From the IMG/VR virus record IMGVR_UViG_3300031132_000335: a stretch of DNA of 20,000 nt; one strand, written 5' to 3'. Under the pieces are notes generated by a model. It had not been told where the DNA came from and did no database searches. It saw nothing but the letters and a program-made list of their open reading frames with translations. The DNA comes from an uncultured virus (IMG/VR IMGVR_UViG_3300031132_000335). Lineage: Duplodnaviria > Heunggongvirae > Uroviricota > Caudoviricetes. Below, piece after piece: positions 7,869 through 16,141 of the stretch. A program made the translations under genes and the position numbers. Position 1 is the stretch's first letter. The number at the start of each line of letters is the position of its first letter.

Positions 7869-8696
7869 ATGACGAAGAATACTCACACAAAAATCGCAGT
7901 CCGCGCCCGTATGGCTGTTACTGGCGAGAATTATCTCACCGCCTACCGCGCTCTGTTTGAGCAGACGCTATACACGTCTCCTTGGCCTGAGATGAACCGA
8001 ATCCTTGGCGGCGGCTATCGTACTGGGCTGCATGTTATTGGTGCGCCAAAAAAGACAGGGAAGAGTCTCATCATCCGAGCTTTGGCTGCAAATTCTACAA
8101 AACCTGTATTGGTTGCTGGAACAGAGGTTTCAGAGAAAGAGTTCTGGGACACTACTGCTATTGACCTTTACCGATTTGGTGGAGAAGACCTCATGAAAGC
8201 CTCAGGCGGCCAGTATGTTGACGAGCTGAGAAAGAAGATTTCCTTTCGTAGCGGTTTCGTCCACCATGTGATAGGGAAAAATATATTTGGCCTTCTTGAC
8301 GAAATTGAAAACCAGTATGAAGTCACGCCTTTCGGTGCTGTATTCTTTGATTCTCTTCAAGCGGTGACTGGCAGTAGGGATGAACTTACCCAATTCACAC
8401 GGGCGCTCAAACTGTTTGCAAATAAATATGACATCCCTGTTTTTCTCACCTCGGAAATGCTAACCTCACAGGTAAATGGCATGATGAAAGTTTCCGGCCT
8501 TGCATCTAGTGGGACTGTTGAGCAAGATGCTGACACTATCACGCTTCTCTCCCGACAGTACACCTTGAAGAGCGAACATACAGAACCAACCTTCACGCAA
8601 GCTGACATGGTTGAGTGGCTGCGAATGGATGTTGTGAAGAACCGCTACGGGCAGACTGACTCTATCCAGGTGAAGAAGACTGAGATTTTCTCCTGA
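7869..8696 (+). CDS. Basic N-terminal peptide plus DnaB-like (SF4) helicase C-terminal ATPase domain with intact motifs
   Basis: Walker A APKKTGKS, catalytic Glu region GTEVS, Walker B VFFDSLQ, IPVFLTSEM, SSGTVEQDADTITLL, arginine finger VVKNRYG. No DnaB N-terminal or primase domain. Confidence 0.85.
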   Translation: MTKNTHTKIAVRARMAVTGENYLTAYRALFEQTLYTSPWPEMNRILGGGYRTGLHVIGAPKKTGKSLIIRALAANSTKPVLVAGTEVSEKEFWDTTAIDLYRFGGEDLMKASGGQYVDELRKKISFRSGFVHHVIGKNIFGLLDEIENQYEVTPFGAVFFDSLQAVTGSRDELTQFTRALKLFANKYDIPVFLTSEMLTSQVNGMMKVSGLASSGTVEQDADTITLLSRQYTLKSEHTEPTFTQADMVEWLRMDVVKNRYGQTDSIQVKKTEIFS

Positions 8697-8774
8697 ACCT
8701 GCTTGCGAAGCTGGTGAGGATGGTGTACGTTCACTGTTGTACCCGTAAAAACTCAGTGAAAGGTCTGACCACTC

Positions 8775-10301
8775 ATGGTCATCTTCTACATCATCCTCAC
8801 CGTTGTCGTCGCTGCTGCCGCAGTGGCACTGGTGAAGGTGTTCAACGCCATGCACATCACGGCATTCGCAGCTACTGCGCTGGTTGCCATGCTGCTGCCG
8901 CTTCCGACGTATGCCATCACCACGGCTGTCGCTCGTGAGGACCAGCAGACCTACCACGAGTACTGGAATGGGTTTGAGTCCAGTGCGGACCAGTCAGTCA
9001 TCAACTGCACCCGTGATGGTTCCTGCCAGCACACGTTCTCGTGCGACCCGTACCAGGTGACGGAAATGGAGACGTACACTGTGTACGAGACCCAGACCTA
9101 CACTGACAGTGAAGGTCACATGAAGACGCGCAGCGTGCCGAAGCAGAAGCAGCGTCCTGTCACGAAGACGAAGTACCACTCCTGCCCGTACTCCAAGCAG
9201 GAAACCACCTACACTGTCAACACGACTCTCGGCGGATACACGGTTGAGTCGCACCTCATGACGGGAGAGCCGTGGCGTTGGGGCCACAGCATTCCTGGTG
9301 GTCAGGTCACAAAGGCTCCTGCTGTGTGGACCGCTGTGCAAAAGCGCATCGCTGACGGTAACCCTGGCGGTGTCACGAAGGTCAGCAACTACAAGAACTA
9401 CATCCTTGCTTCCGACAACCTCTTCAAGCGTTACAGCGACAAGGTTGACCAGTTGCAGAAGAAGGGCCTGCTGCCTGCGCCGACTGTTGGCGTGTCGGGT
9501 ATGTACGATGCGCAGAAGGTCTCGTTCCTCGGAAACATGCACGGCGCTCCCGTGAAGGCTCTGGCAAAGGACATGCCTCGCCTGAACGGGGCAGTTGGTA
9601 CTCAGCTTCGCGGCGATGTTCGTGTGGTGTTCGTTGATGCGGAGAAGATGACGGACAACCCTGAGGACTACGCGAACGCTGTCATGGCGTACTGGCAGTC
9701 CAAGCAGCTTGGTCGGGATGCTCTTGCGAAGAACACGGTGGCGGTCCTGGTCGGAGTGAAGGGGTACGAGAAGCCTGCTCAGTCAGAGGTCTCCCCGACT
9801 TCGGTTTCCACTCCGACTACCACTGCCACCGCTGCTGCAACTCCTGCTGAGGTTGCACCTGTCATCAAGCCTGGAACTCCTGTGGTAGCATGGGCGAAGG
9901 CGTTCACGGGGATGCCTGTCGGGAATGAAGCCCTGTTGCAGCAGTTCAACTCGGAGCTTCCTGGTACGGTCATTGACAAGAACTTCCTTGGCTCCCCGAA
10001 GTTCAACCCGTCCAACAGCACCATCACGCACACGAACGGTGTGATTGAAGGTATGCTGTACGGTGAGAACAAGTTCCAGCGGGTCAGTATGACCGCAAAG
10101 GACGCAGGTGACGTAGGTTCTGGATTCGCATACCTTGGCCAGAACTGGCAGCCTGACACTGGAACGCTTGTCACGTTCTACATCATCGCAAGCATCCTCT
10201 TTACAGGAGCGCTTATCGGTGGTAGTGTCCTGACTATGAACCTCGCTGCCTCCCGCAGCATTGACCCCATCAAGATGTTCCTCGGAAAGGGAAAGAATTG
10301 A
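8775..10301 (+). CDS. Membrane protein with a large extracytoplasmic domain (two N-terminal TM, one C-terminal TM)
   Basis: GAAAGG RBS; Cys-containing segment C.RDGSC.H...CDPY...YHSCPY; Thr/Ala/Pro linker; strongly C/G-ending codons. Confidence 0.85.
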   Translation: MVIFYIILTVVVAAAAVALVKVFNAMHITAFAATALVAMLLPLPTYAITTAVAREDQQTYHEYWNGFESSADQSVINCTRDGSCQHTFSCDPYQVTEMETYTVYETQTYTDSEGHMKTRSVPKQKQRPVTKTKYHSCPYSKQETTYTVNTTLGGYTVESHLMTGEPWRWGHSIPGGQVTKAPAVWTAVQKRIADGNPGGVTKVSNYKNYILASDNLFKRYSDKVDQLQKKGLLPAPTVGVSGMYDAQKVSFLGNMHGAPVKALAKDMPRLNGAVGTQLRGDVRVVFVDAEKMTDNPEDYANAVMAYWQSKQLGRDALAKNTVAVLVGVKGYEKPAQSEVSPTSVSTPTTTATAAATPAEVAPVIKPGTPVVAWAKAFTGMPVGNEALLQQFNSELPGTVIDKNFLGSPKFNPSNSTITHTNGVIEGMLYGENKFQRVSMTAKDAGDVGSGFAYLGQNWQPDTGTLVTFYIIASILFTGALIGGSVLTMNLAASRSIDPIKMFLGKGKN

Positions 10302-10954
10302 ACTTCATCACCAGCATGTCCAAGCGGACGAAGACCATCGTCATCGTCGCTGTCCTCCTGATTGCGGCTCTCATCGTGGGCCTGTCGTTTTACGGCAAGT
10401 ACAACTCTCTGAACACTGAGGGTGTCCGTCAGGAGCAGGCGCTGAACGCGCAGTACCTGGATAACAAGAACGAGCTGTCCGCATACACGAACACGGTCCT
10501 GGAATCCCTCGGGGTTGCGGACCGTCAGAGTGACAAGGTGAAGGAAATTCTTACTGAGGCTGTCCAGGGTCGCTATGGGAAGAGCCTGGGTGAGGGTAGC
10601 CAGCTCTTCACTGTCATCAGCGAGGCTTACCCTGACCTGACCGCGACTTCCCAGTCCTACGCGAAGGTGCAGGATGCGGTTGCTTCGGGCCGTGCTGCGT
10701 TCAAGAACAAGCAGACTGTTCTCCTGAGCAAGGTGGAAGAGTACAACAAGTGGCGTAAGACTGGCCTGGTCCAGCGGAACATGATTTCCTCTCTCGGGTT
10801 CCCCTCCGATGACCTTGTGGTCAAGCAGGACGGTCGCACCTTCCGCGGTGAGGATGCCCTGGACAAGATGAGTGACATCATTACTTCGTCTCAGGCTGAG
10901 CAGTCTTATGACACGGGAACCAGTGACCCGCTCATCGGCGGAAGCGGTAAGTAA
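10298..10954 (+). CDS. N-terminally anchored helical protein, LemA-like family seen in large phages
   Basis: Overlaps the upstream stop; one TM followed by 'EQALNAQY..N...LS.Y...AV.GRY...EAYP...Y.KVQ.A...GR..F...Q' (recognition from memory). Confidence 0.7.
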   Translation: MNFITSMSKRTKTIVIVAVLLIAALIVGLSFYGKYNSLNTEGVRQEQALNAQYLDNKNELSAYTNTVLESLGVADRQSDKVKEILTEAVQGRYGKSLGEGSQLFTVISEAYPDLTATSQSYAKVQDAVASGRAAFKNKQTVLLSKVEEYNKWRKTGLVQRNMISSLGFPSDDLVVKQDGRTFRGEDALDKMSDIITSSQAEQSYDTGTSDPLIGGSGK

Positions 10955-10961
10955 GTCTACT

Positions 10962-11007
10962 CAATGAAGGAAGGCCAGGAATTTTTATTCCTGGCCTTCC
11001 TTCATTG
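10962..11007. terminator. 21-bp perfect hairpin, probable terminator
   Basis: CAATGAAGGAAGGCCAGGAAT-TTTT-ATTCCTGGCCTTCCTTCATTG. Confidence 0.75.
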
Positions 11008-11049
11008 CATCCGATACAATACGATGAGTTGAACGAAATTAGGGGATAA

Positions 11050-11406
11050 ATGTTCGCCGCCACGATCATTTTCATCAGTGTTGCCGTTATTGGCGTAGCT
11101 GCCATCATAGCGCTGATTGCCGTATTCTCTGCGCAGCGTGACATCATCATGAAACATGGTGTGAACACACTTGCAGTCCCATTGCGTGTAGCGAAAGTCA
11201 TACAAACAGACGACATGCTACCGTTCAGGTATCAAGCAGTGTTCAAATACCAGGTGAATGGACAGTGGCTTGAAGTGCGATCCAATCCTTTCAACTCCGC
11301 AGAACAGGCGCAGAAGCTTCTCAGTAGCGCAGGCATCTCTGTACGGTACCTTCCACAGAAACCGCAATATGCTCTGGTACTCAACGCGAACGGACAAGCA
11401 TCCTGA
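11050..11406 (+). CDS. Membrane-anchored protein, DUF3592-like
   Basis: N-terminal TM, then 'F.Y.VNG' and 'I.VRY.P..P..A' pattern. Confidence 0.6.
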   Translation: MFAATIIFISVAVIGVAAIIALIAVFSAQRDIIMKHGVNTLAVPLRVAKVIQTDDMLPFRYQAVFKYQVNGQWLEVRSNPFNSAEQAQKLLSSAGISVRYLPQKPQYALVLNANGQAS

Positions 11407-11407
11407 A

Positions 11408-11674
11408 TTAGAACGGGGAAGCGAACGGAAGTTCTTTCTCTCGTTGCTCTGTGAGGTATGTCAGATGATTGTTCCTTCTGGACTCACGGACCAAAGAACT
11501 CTGCTCATGTGTGTACCAACGATGGTCAAAAAGAATACCAATTCCTGCTTCTAACGCATGAGTGATGATGTCCTGCTCGGTTGCTTCAACACCAGCGTCT
11601 TTCAAATGCTGGATGAGGTCTTCTGAACTCGGACTGTATTTTTGAACTAAATCATGTAAAAGTTGAACATCCAT
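11408..11674 (-). CDS. Hypothetical protein (88 aa)
   Basis: GGAGG RBS before ATG 11674 (MDVQLLHDL...). The longer ORF-track start overlaps the divergent gene. Confidence 0.65.
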   Translation of the reverse strand: MDVQLLHDLVQKYSPSSEDLIQHLKDAGVEATEQDIITHALEAGIGILFDHRWYTHEQSSLVRESRRNNHLTYLTEQREKELPFASPF

Positions 11675-11774
11675 AATGTTTCCTCCATTTCCTTCGTCTA
11701 TTCTACCCCTCGGTAATAAAACAGGGTAGAATGAGCCAGTACCTATACCTTGATCGTAGAAAGACAGTAAACTG

Positions 11775-12176
11775 ATGGCAAGCATCATTGAAGAACCGTT
11801 GAACCTGACTGAGCAGGATGTTGAAGAGCCTATGATGGACAGGAAGACGCTGGCCATCCTTGCAGGTGGTCTGACTGGCGCTGTGCTGCTCTTAGCGGGG
11901 ATTGCAGCTGCTGTGTTAGCTCCTCAGGCGATTGCCCATCAGGAGGCTCTAACAGCCGCAGGCAAGCTTTCCTCTGCTTGTGGATTCTCGGATTCTGATG
12001 GCTCTACCTTCATCAACAGCGATGGCAGCGTGAAACTGAATGAGTCTTTCGCTGTGACATTCAAAGGAAACAAGCAGAGCAGCGTAACAGCACGAACTGA
12101 GCCTGGGAACAAAATTGGTTTCTATGAACTCGGTGCGACCAACCCGACCTGTATTGCTGTAAACCCTACGAAGTAG
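11775..12176 (+). CDS. Single-pass membrane/exported protein
   Basis: TM LAILAGGLTGAVLLLAGIAAAVLA; two Cys in the C-terminal domain. Confidence 0.7.
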   Translation: MASIIEEPLNLTEQDVEEPMMDRKTLAILAGGLTGAVLLLAGIAAAVLAPQAIAHQEALTAAGKLSSACGFSDSDGSTFINSDGSVKLNESFAVTFKGNKQSSVTARTEPGNKIGFYELGATNPTCIAVNPTK

Positions 12177-12269
12177 TAGCTATGAGAGAGGGGAAGGGTC
12201 AACACGATCAAGTCATATGGCAGATCATGGTAAACTAGGCATACCTAATTGAGAAAAGGAACCCGAATT

Positions 12270-12557
12270 ATGACCCTTAAATACACTGATGCCATTTTGG
12301 CGAACTACCCTGTCCCTGAGTATGCAGAGCCTAAGACAAAGTTAGAAGAGACGCTCTTCCCTCTGCTCCGTCAGGTCTACCGTGAAGGATTGCAGAAGGG
12401 GTATGGCTTACAGGTTGAGGGAGTAACTCAGGAAGCTCTTGCGGAAGCATTCAACCGTGGAGCTGCAGCCATGGCTGACCAGGCAAGTGAAGACTATCTC
12501 GGAGGTCGTGATATTCGCCCTGCGTTCGAAAACCCGTATAGTTCCAAGCAGCTTTGA
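12270..12557 (+). CDS. Hypothetical protein (95 aa)
   Basis: Extended -10 TGgTAAACT and AAAGGA RBS before ATG 12270; 'AF..GA.A...ENPY' ending common in small phage proteins. Confidence 0.7.
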   Translation: MTLKYTDAILANYPVPEYAEPKTKLEETLFPLLRQVYREGLQKGYGLQVEGVTQEALAEAFNRGAAAMADQASEDYLGGRDIRPAFENPYSSKQL

Positions 12558-12581
12558 CTCTGTGGCTCTTACAAAGACATA

Positions 12582-13343
12582 CTATTTTGTGAGAGCCACA
12601 GCTCTATCCCATACTGCTTGACGAACATGGCTCTCAATTTCTTGAAAACCCGGACTTTGCATTGTTTGCTCAGCGTGTTTCCGGTACATGTATGTTATTT
12701 CATCTACGATAACTCCTGGGTAAGTACCAGTTAATCCGATTATCATACCGAAGTCTTCAGCTGTAGGAAGACCTTGCCATCCGCCAACAGCTTGTATCGC
12801 TTGTTTGCGCATCAGTAAGCCTGCGGTGTTCATAGGAAACTCACTGTTTGGCGCAGCCCAGCAGTCAAAAATTCCTCCTGCTGGGTATACCTGTGCAGGG
12901 GCAGGCGGATACCATACCCCAGCACCATTTCGTTGCTCATCCATGTCTTGAAGCCATCCTCCGGCCCAATGTAAATCTGGATGAGCTTCTAACAGTTCCA
13001 GCCGCTTGGTAAAAGCATTAGCAGGAAGAACATCATCATCATCAACGCTCGAAACATATTTACCTGTTACTTGGGATAAAGCATAGTTACGAGTCGCACT
13101 AGGGCCAGAAAAACGCCCAGAGGCATGCAAAACTTTAACAATTAGATATGGAGTCGCAGCATATAGAGACTCATGAATCTCTTGTTCTACCTGTTTTTGA
13201 GTTCCGCCATCAACGCATACCACCCACTCTATGCGAGTGCCTTCCTGGTGAAGGAGCGATTCTCTAACCTCAGCAAGATATTGAGAACGATTGAGTCCTA
13301 ATCGGTGAGGGGTGATGATGGAGATAGTTGTATTGTCATTCAT
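12582..13343 (-). CDS. Glycosyltransferase family 2 (GT-A fold)
   Basis: ISIITP, VCVDGG, GPSATRNYAL...G.YVSSVDDDD (DxD), VGGW...AED, YMYRKH..Q. ATG 13343 is coupled to the upstream stop. Confidence 0.9.
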   Translation of the reverse strand: MNDNTTISIITPHRLGLNRSQYLAEVRESLLHQEGTRIEWVVCVDGGTQKQVEQEIHESLYAATPYLIVKVLHASGRFSGPSATRNYALSQVTGKYVSSVDDDDVLPANAFTKRLELLEAHPDLHWAGGWLQDMDEQRNGAGVWYPPAPAQVYPAGGIFDCWAAPNSEFPMNTAGLLMRKQAIQAVGGWQGLPTAEDFGMIIGLTGTYPGVIVDEITYMYRKHAEQTMQSPGFQEIESHVRQAVWDRAVALTK

Positions 13344-13705
13344 TTCAGGAGGGCCGTTTCTACTTCTATATATAACTTCCAATTCGCAATTGCAGCGCGG
13401 ATGTTCGCTTTCAGATCAGGGATCAGCTGGCCTGTCCGATCACCGGTGAGGGAGCTCAACGTAAGCTTCTGCCGGTAAAGCGTATCAACGTTTCCATCTT
13501 CAAATTTTTTGACAACTGTCAGCATCATCGCTGAGTACATGTCCGTTGGTCCAACTAACCCACCATTGGCACTATCTGGATGCAGCTCAACTGTCAGTCC
13601 GTTTGGGTATACCTCTTCATGGAAGAACTCTTGCAGGATGTGCAGATGCTCTCGGTAGTTCTCACGTGGAACGAAGGATGGAATAAGGTCGTGGATGTCA
13701 GGCAT
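13340..13705 (-). CDS. Hypothetical protein (121 aa), co-transcribed with the glycosyltransferase
   Basis: GGGAG upstream; ATGA overlap with the GT2 start. Confidence 0.7.
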   Translation of the reverse strand: MPDIHDLIPSFVPRENYREHLHILQEFFHEEVYPNGLTVELHPDSANGGLVGPTDMYSAMMLTVVKKFEDGNVDTLYRQKLTLSSLTGDRTGQLIPDLKANIRAAIANWKLYIEVETALLK

Positions 13706-13828
13706 ACTCCCAGCTATCGGACAGGAAGATTCTTCAAAATAGGCTTGCGTTTTGGATCAGAGCGTGTAGGGTGAGTTGAAGTAGCAGGTGAAGAGAACCT
13801 GCATTGAGCTATCTTTGAGGAGAAGACC

Positions 13829-14233
13829 ATGCACATGTACGGAGCTGTTCAGAAGGCACTGCGTGAAGGCACGCAGCGTTTTGACTTCCGCGATACGTTC
13901 TTTGTTGGGCTGGGTCGTGTCCGCTCCGTTGAGCGTGAGCTGTTCAAGGTGAACATGGAGTACACTTCCCGACGAGTTCTCCTGGGTCGTGAGTTCTGGA
14001 TTAACGTCCGCACGCGGAAGCAGGCGATGCTGTACCTCTACTTTGTAGAGTATGCGGTTGAGCTTCATGCACGAGAGAAGGCTACCGAAATTGCCGCGCA
14101 GCGTGACCGCATCGTCCGAGACAACTCCTGGCGTTTCAAGAAGAACCGCCAGGAAGTTCCGTGGGAAGACTGGGATGAGGAAGACATCGCCAGGGAGCTG
14201 TTCAAGGATGAGCTGCGAAGCTATTACGTCTAA
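13829..14233 (+). CDS. Hypothetical protein (134 aa)
   Basis: GAGGAG RBS; biased codon usage. Confidence 0.8.
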   Translation: MHMYGAVQKALREGTQRFDFRDTFFVGLGRVRSVERELFKVNMEYTSRRVLLGREFWINVRTRKQAMLYLYFVEYAVELHAREKATEIAAQRDRIVRDNSWRFKKNRQEVPWEDWDEEDIARELFKDELRSYYV

Positions 14234-14319
14234 CCCCTTGCATGGACACTACCGAGTGTGGTAGTGTCCAGATCAGAAGGAAGCACTTCCTTCCATTCCC
14301 TTTATCAAATGAGGTCACC

Positions 14320-14796
14320 ATGTCAGCGAACACGAACACTGCTCTTGTCCAGGATGACGTTCAGGAAGAGCGCATCTACACGAAGTACCGTCACTTCCTT
14401 CGGTCTGCGGCAGGTCACCAGCCTCACTACGACCAGAACCGACCGAACTCCCGCGCTGCGGCACGTCGCCAGCAGGCTCGTAAGCTGACGGTTGAGCAGT
14501 TCAGCATCCCGTTCGCTGAGGTGAAGCGAATCGTCGCTAAGCACGATGCTCTGAACGGCATCACCCACGACCACACTCCGCAGTACATCCGTTCGCTTGA
14601 ACTGATGCGTGAGCAGGAGAAGTTTGACGCGAACCCTACTCCTTGCCCGTCATGCGGCAACCCTGAGAACGTCCGTGTCCGCTGGGAGCCGTTTGAGTAT
14701 GACGTGAACGACTCGTATGTCCCGATGGTGAGCTGCTTCGTTTGCTACTTCATGGTGGAGAAGGAAGCTGAGGACGTTACTGGCAAGAGGCGCTAA
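14320..14796 (+). CDS. Hypothetical protein with C-terminal CxxC...CxxC zinc ribbon
   Basis: GAGG RBS before ATG 14320; CPSC and CFVC; Arg-rich N-terminal half. Confidence 0.75.
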   Translation: MSANTNTALVQDDVQEERIYTKYRHFLRSAAGHQPHYDQNRPNSRAAARRQQARKLTVEQFSIPFAEVKRIVAKHDALNGITHDHTPQYIRSLELMREQEKFDANPTPCPSCGNPENVRVRWEPFEYDVNDSYVPMVSCFVCYFMVEKEAEDVTGKRR

Positions 14797-14814
14797 GGTT
14801 TTCTCCATTGTCTC

Positions 14815-14859
14815 AGTTTGGGTCCCTGTCAGGTAGACGACAGGGACCCAAACTTTTTT
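14815..14859 (+). terminator. Intrinsic terminator
   Basis: AGTTTGGGTCCCTGTC / GACAGGGACCCAAACT 16-bp stem followed by a T-run. Confidence 0.85.
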
Positions 14860-14915
14860 CGCGTGTTTTCCTGAGAGGGGTTGCATCAGCTCCCTGACTG
14901 TGCCATGATCTAACC

Positions 14916-15506
14916 ATGACCTACTTCAACCGCAACCGTGGCTACCACTGGCGTTACGCAAAGAACGCACGTCTGCGCGACCTTGCTGAATGGGAAGCAT
15001 ACAAGACTGACTACAACATGCAGGACGCTGAGCGTGAGCATGATGGAACCATTGACGTGGTGTTCGGCTCTCAGGGTGCCACCATCACGCTGGGCATCAT
15101 TGATGGAGAAGCTTCGTCTCTGTTCTCTTACGGTCACTGCGCCATCCTCGCGTGGGAGATTCACATGAAGACAGGTCTTCCTCTTGCTGTTTTCACTTCT
15201 GAGAATGGACGCTCTGGTTGGAGTGGACATGTTGCTATCCAGCTGGATGAGAACAAGTTCCTTGACATTCAGGGTGTTGCAGATGCGGAGGAGATTCAGC
15301 GCCGTTACAGCTCCCTCCGTGATGGACATGAGCTTGTCACTGATGACGAGTTCAAGAAGCTCATCGTTGACGAGGAGAACTGGGCTGACCCGAAGCAGTA
15401 CCTCTGCGAGCTGGAACAGCTGGTCCTGGCTGAGTTTGTTGACCTTGTGATTGCGGAGAACCAGGACGCTATTGCAGCAGCTCAGGAAGCGGTTCTTACT
15501 GCGTAA
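14916..15506 (+). CDS. Papain/transglutaminase-like fold protein with a Cys-His-Asp triad
   Basis: YGHCAILAWEIH...SGHVAI...FLDIQG spacing. No clear RBS; the start may be leaderless or differ. Confidence 0.6.
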   Translation: MTYFNRNRGYHWRYAKNARLRDLAEWEAYKTDYNMQDAEREHDGTIDVVFGSQGATITLGIIDGEASSLFSYGHCAILAWEIHMKTGLPLAVFTSENGRSGWSGHVAIQLDENKFLDIQGVADAEEIQRRYSSLRDGHELVTDDEFKKLIVDEENWADPKQYLCELEQLVLAEFVDLVIAENQDAIAAAQEAVLTA

Positions 15507-15510
15507 CAGC

Positions 15511-15560
15511 TAATGGGTAAGGACACCAGACTGTGGTAGCTCTGGTGTCCTTACCCATTA
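15511..15560. terminator. 20-bp perfect hairpin between convergent genes
   Basis: TAATGGGTAAGGACACCAGA / TCTGGTGTCCTTACCCATTA. Confidence 0.8.
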
Positions 15561-15612
15561 ATGAAGGAAGTGCTTGAACTGGTACGAATGCAGTTCAAGC
15601 ACTTCCTTTGAA

Positions 15613-15864
15613 TTACTTCTTCTGGACGTTACCCCAATCGCAAGACATGGAACCAGACTGGTATCCTTTGTCATACACAAGGCAATGAATGACAGAACCG
15701 TCTTTGAGCTTCACGTATTCTTCATTGTAGCCGCCTACCTCATCCTTAGGGCTAAGAGTAGCAGGAGCATCAGGGTTTTCCGCGTAGGAAACGGAACTGC
15801 ATCCTGTAAGACTGACAACAGCAGCTCCGACAAGAACGGCGGAGGCTAAAAGCTTCTTCATCAT
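15613..15864 (-). CDS. Small lipoprotein
   Basis: MMKKLLASAVLVGAAVVSLTGC signal peptide with LTGC lipobox; AGGAG RBS. Confidence 0.8.
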   Translation of the reverse strand: MMKKLLASAVLVGAAVVSLTGCSSVSYAENPDAPATLSPKDEVGGYNEEYVKLKDGSVIHCLVYDKGYQSGSMSCDWGNVQKK

Positions 15865-15934
15865 GAGTGTTTCTCTCCTAAGTAGATGACGTTTTCATAT
15901 CAGTCTATCAGAGAAATCCCCTTCAAACAAGTAG

Positions 15935-16141
15935 CTACGGATAATACATGCTACTGGACTTGCTTGGGTTAGATGGATGATCTATGTAGTGCAGGGACAT
16001 GCCTTTCCCACAAAGAGGGCAAAGATGTTCTTTGTGTGTATCAATAGGGTCTTCTGAGTGACCTGCTCCTAATTGAGCTGGTCCAGCTGCACGAATAAGA
16101 GCGGTATTCCAGTTATTGTACCATTGCGTTAATTTAGCCAT
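15935..16141 (-). CDS. Small CxxC protein
   Basis: GAAGGAG RBS before ATG 16141; AGPAQLG and CPLCG..M..H motifs, resembling small proteins of Microbacteriaceae (from memory). Confidence 0.7.
   Translation of the reverse strand: MAKLTQWYNNWNTALIRAAGPAQLGAGHSEDPIDTHKEHLCPLCGKGMSLHYIDHPSNPSKSSSMYYP

Noticed and set aside
7869..8696. Calling this gene dnaB (replicative helicase)
   Set aside because: Only the C-terminal ATPase domain is present (275 aa), with no N-terminal DnaB domain and no neighbouring replication genes.
8466..10174. Minus-strand ORFs 8466..8957, 8994..9542, 9779..10174 and similar
   Set aside because: Antisense shadows of strongly codon-biased plus-strand genes; no RBS or protein-like motifs.
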